DNA of 64,000 bases, taken from contig CP075495.1 in assembly GCA_021613535.1 (NCBI GenBank), positions 3,038,001 through 3,102,000 of the forward strand, written 5' to 3'. Shown piece by piece: positions 54,563 through 64,000 of this stretch. The translations under genes and the position numbers were made by a program. Under the pieces are notes generated by a model. The model was not told the origin of the DNA, ran no database searches, and was given only the letters and a program-made list of their open reading frames with translations. The stretch comes from Adineta vaga (Eukaryota; Animalia; Rotifera). Within the stretch, counting starts at the first letter, position 1. The number at the start of each line of letters is the position of its first letter.

Positions 54563-55604
54563 TTATTTTTGAATATCTATATAAATATAAGATAATATTC
54601 TTTTATTTTCTTCAATCCATTTAATCATATATTGTTTATCATATAAATTAGTTTTTGATCGTAACATTTTGATAAAATTATATATGAAAATATCCAGGTG
54701 ATTCGATCCGACAGGCGGATTCCGGCAACTTCCGGCGAATTCCTATCGGATCCGACAGGGTGAGTTCGACCTGGGCATCTGAATCAGTATCATAATTCCC
54801 ATGTATACCAATCTATATGAATATGAATATGTCGTATTTTTTCAAAAATTGACCACCAATAAATCTTCATTTACATAAACAGAATTACCATGAAAATAAA
54901 ATCGTTTTAATTCAGGTGCTATTTCAATTAATTGTTTAAGAAATGTTATTTTAGGATAACCACAACCTAAATGATATTTTATTTGATAAAGTTTTGGAAG
55001 AATAAGTTCCGAACGAAAATTTATTAATTGATCTTCAGATATTAAACCAATATGATTTATTTCAAGTTGCTTTATTTTCGGTATATGAAATAAAAGTAAA
55101 TTTATTAAAATATTATCATTTGAATTTATTATTAATAAATCTAATCTTTCAATTGAACTCATTTTTATTGTTTGATAATCATTTATAGATATTATTAAAT
55201 TTCCTAGTAATTTTAATTAACATGTACGTAATTTTGATAAAGAAAGGATTTATTTAAATAAATTTGGTGTTAATTTAATAATTAATGAAAGATATTTAAG
55301 TAAAGGAAGATTTTCTAAAGTTAAACAAAGAATTTTGTCATTAGATATATTTATATCAATTATAAATGATTGTAAATAAGAAAATTTATGAAAACAAATA
55401 TTATCTTCTATAGATAATTGTAAATGAATAATACGATTAAATATTGAATCATCCGATGAATAATATTATTATCATTTTCTTTTGATTTTAAATAAAAAAA
55501 TAAATATTTAAATTTTGAAAACTATGAAATATATCATGAATTTCTAAATAAGGATAGATTAAAATTCATAATTCAATCGATAAATCTTCTGCAAATGTAA
55601 TCAT
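54563..55604 (-). pseudogene. F-box-type gene, pseudogenised
   Basis: MITFAEDLSIEL*ILIYPYLEIHDIFHSFQNLN is an F-box-like N-terminus with an in-frame TGA (55566-55568). Further stops and frameshifts follow, then an LRR-like body (ORF 54842-55162) and a MITE inserted at ~54694-54775. Confidence 0.65.
54694..54775. mobile_element. Small GC-rich MITE with CCAGGT...ACCTGGG termini
   Basis: GC-rich island in AT-rich coding sequence, with short terminal inverted repeats and internal TCCGAC/TCCGGC repeats. Related to 57101-57234. Confidence 0.6.
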
Positions 55605-57100
55605 CAGATTATGTTAATGAAAAATATACATAAACCACGTCTTCTCTATAAATACGCAAATAAAATATTATGTTAGGGAAATGCGTCATCTTCAAGTAAA
55701 AAAATAACATTTTTTTTATTAGTTGATATTGTTATTGACTAATATTTATTTTATTAAATGGGTAATTACAATTGAATATAAAAAATATTATTTTCTATTT
55801 AATTTTCATCTTTTTTTTGAATGTGTAACTGTTGCTATGACTATAAATGAAGCTTTTCTTCTTTAAATATATCCACTCTCATATCCTCATAGATGGTAAT
55901 GATCGAAAAGTCGTATAAAAATATCGATATTTAGAATGAAATTTGGAAATAATTCAGGTCGTAGAGATGATCATAGGCTAACATTTTCGTGTTTTATCCT
56001 GCTGAAGTAAATATGAGGAGGTAAGACTCAAGAAATTTCATAAAATATTTATTTTTAATGAAAAATTGTTTTAGTTGTCTGGCAATAAAATAATCAAAAT
56101 CAAAAGAATCTGAATTAATTCGTATATTTTTAAACACGTGTAGTGCGATGAAGTTATTTCTATGTTATATTTACTTTTTTCCAATAAGAAAGTGATTATA
56201 AAAGTATTGATTCTTCATCACTGGATACATCCACAGGCACTCTCTTTGCCTAGAAAAATTTGCGTGAAGTTTGCTTAATCAGTAGAGAACTATATTTAAA
56301 ATATTTAGTCAAACGTGATGACGGAAAAATGACAAAAAATTTAGGGCGACTCAGTTTCGCTTGTTTTTCTCTACCTTCACTCGACTATCGCAAAACTTTC
56401 CTTACAGTGGAGAATAGCAAACACTTTGGTCTATTCAACAACAGGAAAAACTTCTCTAAACATCATTTGATAATGATCAATATCTATGTCACATTAGCGT
56501 AACGCGCAGTAGTGTCAGATACGAAATTTGTATTCAAATTCCAAGCATTACACTTATGAAAAAATTTCATTAAAGAAATAACCAGTGATTTATTTGTTAA
56601 GGGTAACAAAACTAAAACTGTACCCACGAAGTGAAATGAATGAATATTAAAATGTAACTTATTATAGGCAAGATCTTTTTAAGAATGTTTCTAAGACATA
56701 TTTTGGAAAAAAACGTATTTGTAAAACTACTGAATTAACTCACTTGAAAACAATGATTCTTAAATAAAATATCTTAAAAACTTCATATAAATAAGAAAAC
56801 CAAAAAAATTCAGCAAATGTTAATGTATTAACCCTTTATTGAATAAGCACATTCTGTATGACTCATATGTTAAAAAAAACAATAGATAACAAGAACAGAA
56901 ATAAAACAAAGCACAAATCGGCATATTAGTAAATGTAATGTATCGATACAGATTGCGTCACAGTCGAACCCAATAATGGATATACTGGGGCGCATCGACG
57001 ACAAAATAAAACAATATAGTGATATTTCTTATCTAATATAATCACGTTAATATCCTTTCATTTTTTCTAACAGAAATATTCAAATTGATGATGATTATAT

Positions 57101-57234
57101 CCCAGATCGAAAAATCCGAGCTAGATCCCGTCGGAACCTTTTGGAACTAGCTGGAACTGTCCGGAATATCCTCGGAAAGGCGTGATTTCCGACAGGTTCC
57201 GTACGGATGCGTAGCCGGGAAACATCGTCCTGGG
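57101..57234. mobile_element. Small GC-rich MITE, CCCAG...CTGGG termini, AT flanks
   Basis: CCCAGATCGA...TCGTCCTGGG imperfect TIRs flanked by AT on both sides, with internal GGAAC/TCCG repeats. Confidence 0.65.
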
Positions 57235-58559
57235 ATATTTTTCAGATAATCCACAATCACACAACAGCTAAAATAAAGAATGTCTTTTTCTAAAGAACAT
57301 CCATCACCAAATATTCATCAATTACAATAACAACTTCGAGAAAAAGAAAGAGAAAATCAACAAGTCAGCAGAAACAAGTAAATACAAATTAATTAATTTA
57401 ACTTTTCTTTAGTTACATCATTTAATTGATATGCTTGCACTAGATCAAACACAATCTGATCAAATTAATATCCAGTTTGACAATCTTCTCAACTTTTTAC
57501 AGGTAAACAATTTAAGATAAAACATGTCGATAATGATCTAAGGAAACGTCCTCATTCAACTTTATTGTAACTAATTTTTCCGTCTGTCTTGTGCATAAAC
57601 CGTGTGCAAAAGATAATTTACAATACCACATGACGGGAATCAGCAAATCGCCCGTCATAGTTCAACTTTAATTCAATTATCCTTTTCTCTTTGTTTGAGC
57701 TCTATATAAACACAACTTCATAGTCACATTCTAGCAGTAACATGGCGATTAAAAAATTAGCATTGTAAGGAGACTTGTCTTAGCATACCATCCTGTTTTA
57801 CTTTTCATATAAAAATAATTTCTTTCTTTTATTTTCATACAATGGTCTATTTGAATTCTTTCTGAATTGAGAAAAGAAGAAACAGCTATCATTTCCGATT
57901 GAAATCGTGGGTCTTCGAATCTTCATAATTATATACATATACATATGCATACCTTCGTCCTTCATACCCTTAGTCTTTCAAATTGATTTAGGTGATAGTA
58001 TCTAACTGGGTATACACATTTTCATCACTAGTGATGAATTAAGGCGAGTCAATGAACACAGTACTGGATTTATGTCTGGTCATGGTCAAATGAAATGATA
58101 AGAATCGTGAAAAATAATGTGAACAATTGTGTGTTGCACCGTCTGGATATAACGATGACTGTCGGTTATTGAATAGAATCAATTGTTTGTTTTAGACCCG
58201 TATACCCAGGGTTGTGTGGAAAAAAATGCTTGTGGCTTGTGATTTTGAATTCAGAAAGAATTCAAAAAGATCATAGAGTCTTTATTTTAGAATGAAACTA
58301 ATCCTCATACTATTATATTATTATTCATCAAATTATTAAATGAAATAAAACATAAATTGAAAAAAATGGTATATTAACTGAAAAAGAAGAATTAATTAAA
58401 GAGAAAGCATTAAATTAAGAAATAAATAAACTAGAAAAACAAACTTTTTCATTTAAAATGTTCTTTCGTTTTTTCTCAATATTTTTCTGTTATGTTAAAA
58501 TTTTTTGTCAAGAAAATCAAGTTTTTTGTCTTTTTATTGTTTTGTTGTTAATTATGCAA

Positions 58560-60969
58560 ACAAATATTATTTCTGGATTGTCAATTTGTGGTTATGGTAA
58601 AGTAGGAAAGTAAATACAAGACCTTTTTTTATATATAAGTTTTCACTTTTAGTTCGTTCGATCTATGATTTAGCATCAACATGGAAAGAATTAAATCGTG
58701 CATCATCACCTTATTGTCCGAGGATTACGTTCAAACGAGGATTTTAATAATAATGCAATTCATCAACTAACATGTTCAAAAGGATCAACAACTGCACGAA
58801 GTTTTCGATCAGGGATAACATCAAGTACAAGTAAAGTGACAGGAAATGAATTAGCACTTAAAAAACGTCTTCATTCAGCATCTGATCGACTACAATTAAG
58901 ACAACATTATGCAACAAGAATATCAGATAAAACAAGCATATCATTAACAACACTTGATCAGTCAGCTGTAAGATTGAATGAGAAATATATTTTCTTAAGA
59001 CAAAAGATTTTTCTTATATTTAGTTTCGAGATTTACCTGGAGGTTTAAATTTTAAAAAACTTTATAGATTATTATGATTTTGTAGGAAATATTTATCAAA
59101 ATACCGGTAAGGAAGGAAAAAAGACTGTTTTATTGTAACATTATGTGTTTTTTCAGAGCATTCATCTGGCGATGTCTTCTTCGTTTATCCGAAAATCATG
59201 CAGCTTATGCAGCTCTTGTTGAAAAAGGTGGACATTTATCATTTGCTAAATTACAAAATCAATATCCATTAAAAAGTCGAAAACTATTACGAATTATGCA
59301 ACGGTATGAAACGAAAGATATGAAGCGCCTTCTTCATTAATATTTTTTTCTTTTATATTATAGTGTTTTATCCGCATTATCTCATTGGTCAGCCGTCTTT
59401 GATGAAACAGATTATTTACCATTATGAGTATTTCCATTAATAAAATTATTTAAAAATAATCAATTAATTTGTTTTGAAGTTGTTGCAACAGTTATTTCAA
59501 ATTGGTGTCAATTATGGTTTATGTATTTTCCGAATCCACCCGGTAATATCTTAGGTAACATTTACATCTAACTAACTAAATATATATTAATGTCTTTCAT
59601 CTTAAAGGAATGATCGAAAAATCTTTTAACACATCATGATCATACATTACTTGCTCATTTTGTACGTTACAAAGTAATATCACAGGTAAGAATCAGTTCG
59701 CATTGCATCATAAAAGAATCTATTGATACACATCGTTATTTAGATCTATGCTTGACCATTACTTGAAACATTCTTTTTAGAAATATTTAATCGTGATGAA
59801 TGGTTATGTTTATTTAATCATATATTTAGTAATCATCCATCATTTATTCTTTTTATTGTTACATCATATTGTATTAATAATCGGAGTGCTCTTCTTCGAG
59901 TAACTGAATTAGATGATTTTAAATATTTTTTCATCATCGTAATCCAATATTATAGTACAAACAATTCTTACTGAAGCATATCGTCTTAGTGAAGTTACAC
60001 CAGTAGATATTGATCCAAAACGTATGATTGAATCATTTCAACCATTAACACGTGGACAATATCCTGTTTTTAATAAATATCCAAAGTTTATTATTAATTA
60101 TCAAATACAAGAAAAAGAAAAATTAAGACAAGAAGAAATGGATTATATTCGTCAACGGTAACATTCAAAAGAAATCATTTACAAGAATGATAATCGTTGT
60201 TTTTATTTAGTGAATTAAATTTTGAAATGTTTCGTGAACGACAACATAACGTCGACATGAAGAAGAATCATGGCTTCGTCAACAGGTTCTATATATTATT
60301 TTTCTAAACATATCTTTCATCTTATTTTTTCTTGCTGTAGTAATTATTAATTGAAGCTAAAGAAAAACGACGTGATTTATTACTACAAGAAGACACTCGT
60401 GTTAAAAAACAAAAATCAAAGTTAGTTTCTTTTTTACGTAGATTGAAATGATTTACTTGATTGTATTTTTTAATAGACTTCAAATGCTCAATCAAGAAAT
60501 TTAAGTTCGTGAAATGCAAATGTTAGATGTAGCTCGTCGTAAGATGCTTCATCAACAACATTTACTTAAAGGAGCTGAACTACGTCGATTAGACGATGAA
60601 ATTCGTAAAAAAGTTCGTATAGTTTTCCGAATTCTTTTTTATCAAAATTTCCAATTTTTTATTTAGGCGGAAGAACGAAAAGATGTTTTAAAATCAAGAA
60701 TTAAATCTGCTGAACTCAAGGCACTTGAATTAGAAACTGAAATCAAAATTTTAGAAAATGTATGATTTATTTCTAATATAAATTTTCAGTAATTAACCAC
60801 CTCTTTTTAGCAAATGCTTCGTTTACAAAGAGTAAAATCTTCAAATGGTGCTCCTTTTGATTTAGATGATTTGGCTGATATTCGTGAACGTCGAACACGA
60901 TTAGTTGATGAAAATTTACAATCGATTGCTTATGTACCAACATCAGTTGATGCTCCTACTGGCATTTAA
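58560..60969 (+). pseudogene. TBC1D31: TBC1D31 (WDR67) pseudogene, N-terminal WD40 region largely missing
   Basis: RAFIWRCLLRLSENHAAYAALVEKG...YPLKSRKLLRIMQR..LSALSHWSAVF, NWCQLWFMYFPNPP, WLCLFNHIFSNHPSF, YPVFNKYPKFI. In-frame stops TGA 59425-59427, TGA 59753-59755 and TAA 60502-60504, plus frameshifts near 59930-59955 and 60250. Introns are retained. The 5' boundary is approximate. Confidence 0.88.
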
Positions 60970-61145
60970 ATCTGAATAAATGTAGATTGGGAATGTTTTT
61001 TTTCTTTTATGTTATATGTTCTTATCAGTGTAACTTTGTTTTTCATTAATATTATACTATAAACAAATGGTCATGTTTAGAATTTATATCAATGGAATAA
61101 ATTAAAAAGAACTTTAAAAATATTTAAGATATATTTTAAGATATG

Positions 61146-62680
61146 TTTGTTCCCTTTTCTGAGAGAAATGGTTATATGCTCGTTAAATAGGGTGGTTAAA
61201 ATCGTTAAAGTTTGTATGTTTGTTTGTTTGTCTAATCCAATCAGATTACAGCAAAATTTTACCCTTAAAAATCTTTTGTATATATCTTTAAAAAACATTT
61301 GTACTAGAGGAACCGAGATCGAGGATCACGAATCCGGTGATAGTTTTTTGAAATCCATAAAAAAATTTATAAGGTTCCATTAAACGGTAATTGTTGTGTA
61401 GACGCACAAATCTGGTGTTAGTTTTTTAATCTTTTTTCAGCAGATCTTTTGTCACTCTCTAAAAAAAAGGTATGTTGCCAAAAGAGTTTTCGAAAGTTCC
61501 AGAGCTGCGCAAATACTAATACAAGTTGTACTGTGAAATTTATTATAAAACATGTATATCGAATACACATATGTATTCCCCTGTACTGTCATGTAATGAC
61601 ATGTATCGATCTACTTTAGGTCTGAAAAAGTTAGAATCGGTTAGCGTGCACTGGCATGTATTGACTTACTTTGAGTCTGGAGAAGTTAAAATAGGTTACC
61701 TTCAACTCTGATCTACTTAATTCACTGATTAGATTTTTGAATCAATGCATGCCAGGGATCTATATAGTAATATTTCGCATATTATCTTATACCCTCATTT
61801 CGTATCAGAGCGTAACTGAAAACTATTCTAGCCATCAATAATGAACAACATAAATATCCTCATTTTATTCATCTTGCTCGATTCTAACAGACTTGGCCTA
61901 GCTGTCGGCGTTTTTATGTATTTGTGAGCTAATATCGTAAGTATGAGAGTAATAGCAGAAACAATACAATAAAAGCTTACACTGTAGAGACAGAAGCAAC
62001 AGTTAGTTGACAACTTTAGCTCATCTCAGCCGTTATTTCTAGTATGTTTGTGAAAAAAATGCGCCTTTTATCGATCGATCAGAATCAGTTACAAGGGATC
62101 AAGCAGAAATCGTGAATATAGTATTGAGAATAGTTTGTATTGTCGCTTTTTAAGTAGTTCCGAACTTATATTTCGGAATGTTATGCAAAGTGAGGACGTC
62201 TTTCAAGTGTGGTGATTTTTTGTCAGTATATGAGAGTACATGTCAATACATGACAGTACAAGCTAACCGCTAACTTTTCAGACCTAAAATAGATCTATGC
62301 ATGTCAGTAAATGAGAATACATGGCAGTACAAAGCTATTGATTACAGCTGTATCGTGTAGACAGAATTCTTAGCCAAATCCAGAGTACAATTTGTACTCG
62401 TATTTGCGCAGCCCTCGATAGTTTGGAAACTCTTTTGGCAATATACCTTTTTTTTAGAGAGCAGTAGAGGTCTAGATTCACACGAAAACAGAGTTTTTTA
62501 GGCTGGCTTGAGATTAACTGAATAGAGTGTATTTGCAGCGAGTTCTTGAATAGTACATCCTGTTTTAATTTTCACTTGTGGATTCGTAATAACACAAAGT
62601 GATCAAGTCACCAGAATAGAAAGGAAGCCGATGGGTATAATACTTGAGTCGCTTCAAACGGCTAGCCGTTAATATTAGTT
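61146..62680 (+). mobile_element. DINE-1/HINE-like element, copy 2, interrupted by a nested CACTA-like element
   Basis: 5' TTGTTCCCTTTTCTGAGAGAAATGGTTATA, (GTTT)n, and ATCCAATCAGATTACA shared with copy 1. 3' GGGTATAA (62633-62640) followed by the palindrome AACGGCTAGCCGTT (62657-62670). Confidence 0.55.
61453..62463. mobile_element. ~1-kb non-autonomous element with long (~210-240 bp) imperfect TIRs, CACTA/EnSpm (CMC)-like
   Basis: 61453-~61670 is the inverse of ~62234-62463 (e.g. TCTCTAAAAAAAAGGTATGTTGCCAAAAGAGTTT vs AAACTCTTTTGGCAATATACCTTTTTTTTAGAGA). The left end reads CACTCTCTAAAA and GT flanks both ends, a possible 2-bp TSD. Confidence 0.75.
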
Positions 62681-63694
62681 TACTTTCGAAATCCAGTATT
62701 AATACAAAACTGAGAAAGTTTTGAGCCTGTCACGAAAATCAATAAACTAGTATTAACGTAAGAATAACAACAGAAAAATATCAATCTGTTGAAAGAAAAA
62801 GCTAATAAGCTAGGATGTACTCGACAATTTGAGAATATATATCAAGATTTTTATGCTACGAATGAATGATACTATAACCCATGATTGACTTAGTTTCCGC
62901 TCTAGTCAGACTCTTTATTCGAAAAATGTTAAAAATCGAGAAAAATATGGGACTAGCTAGTCGTGAGTGGGCGACCGACTAGGTGTCGCGTTAATGATCT
63001 TTTTATAGGTATAGTGTAAAGATTTAAAACATTTTAAGAAAGTCTCAAAATAGCCGATATATACATGAATGATATCTAGTATAGATTGAACGTGTAAAAA
63101 TATTGAGAAAAAACTTATTAGGGATGATATGGTATTAAGTGTCTACTGTAAAATTAAAATAAATTGATATGCAATTGTATCTTGTTGAACCGTTCGGAAA
63201 ACTGTATAGATATCTGGCGGTCCAACGATAAAAGTTTGAAAACTTTGGTCTATAACTGTCAGTGTAGTAATACTCTTTAACAGAGACATAAAATATGCTT
63301 TTTCATAGAGATCTAGTGAATAATGAGTGTGATATTTGTGTTGCGAATGTATCATACGTATACACTTGTGAATAAATAATGATCACTACATAGACTGTTG
63401 TTTCCACTTTGATAGTTGCAAGAAGAGTATAACATGAAAGAAAAGCAAATTATTTGTCTTTTAATAATAGATATTTTGAATTTTCTTTCAGAAAAGGGCC
63501 AGCGAATCCGTAGGATGAGCGCTACTTGTGAATTATTTTAGTGTTAATATATTTAGTCATGAGTGACAATTGAAAGATTTTATTATTTCTAATAAGGCAG
63601 CAAAATATTTGAAAATGAAAACTTATGCACAATATCACATAGACAACAGAAAAAAAGAGAATCAAAGTACATTGTTTTGTTTTTTTCCGATAAA

Positions 63695-64000
63695 CTATCG
63701 ATCAAAAAATGACGATCTTCCTCCAACAGAATTTCGTTTGTTTGGACAGCGAACCATTGACAAAACATAGGCACGTAAACTTGGATTCATAAAACAATAG
63801 ATTATTGGATTCAATGCATGCGTACATAAATATAAATAATAAATCATTATAGGACTTTTCATAATTCGTTCGGCATTTAAAATCGATGGTAGATAAAATA
63901 ATACAAATGAAACAGTAATAGCTAAAAATGTCGATGCCATACGTAATTGTTGTATACGATGACGATGTAATTGTTTTCGTAAGGTTTCACTATTTGATGT
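63695..64000 (-). CDS. Class A (rhodopsin-like) GPCR, C-terminal part only (TM6-TM7-helix 8)
   Basis: RIQQLRMASTFLAITVSFVLFYLPSIL (TM6) and YLYLCTHALNPIIYCFMNPSLR (NPxxY plus helix 8). The frame is open to the window edge. Confidence 0.85.
   Translation of the reverse strand, partial: TSNSETLRKQLHRHRIQQLRMASTFLAITVSFVLFYLPSILNAERIMKSPIMIYYLYLCTHALNPIIYCFMNPSLRAYVLSMVRCPNKRNSVGGRSSFFDR

Noticed and set aside
55566-59755. TGA at Trp-like positions in two genes, suggesting stop-codon reassignment or readthrough
   Set aside because: The same genes also carry TAA stops and frameshifts, and intact genes in the window use TGG for Trp and TGA as a stop (e.g. 7976-7978). Ordinary pseudogenisation explains it.
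63143-63355. 70-aa minus-strand ORF
   Set aside because: No recognisable motif or splice context; it lies in repeat-rich sequence.
1-64000. CRISPR arrays, rRNA/tRNA genes, SL-RNA gene, autonomous transposase or RT ORFs, bacterial-type horizontally acquired genes
   Set aside because: None was recognised by eye, and all identified genes are animal-type. A tRNAscan/Infernal run would be needed to exclude small RNA genes formally.

Overview
Eukaryotic, AT-rich animal genomic DNA with many short (mostly ~45-80 nt) GT-AG introns, so most real genes are fragmented or absent in the ORF track. The intron sizes, the F-box-type gene and the CCCAG-terminated mini-repeats suggest a bdelloid rotifer; this is an inference. 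Positions 1-53.3 kb are gene-dense and intact. In order they hold an ALDH1/2 (5' truncated), a Ser/Thr/Pro-rich ORF that can splice in frame into a highly divergent Kv-type channel, a single-SH3 protein, an XK-related membrane protein, MIPEP, a divergent protein kinase D, Elongin C, a Shisa-like protein, brat (TRIM-NHL, with RING), a hidden 7-exon FANCF-like gene, and two tandem divergent nPKC-delta-like kinases. Positions 53.5-63.5 kb are a decay zone with Helentron/DINE-1-like elements, CACTA-like MITEs (one nested), an F-box pseudogene and a TBC1D31 pseudogene. The window ends in the 3' end of a class A GPCR. The most interesting items are (i) the ORF-Kv fusion, where the upstream stop codon overlaps a splice donor and the intron carries poly(A) signals, (ii) the FANCF-like gene invisible to the ORF track, and (iii) the degenerate C1/kinase features of the PKC and PKD paralogues. 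All exon structures were assembled by hand and no searches were run.
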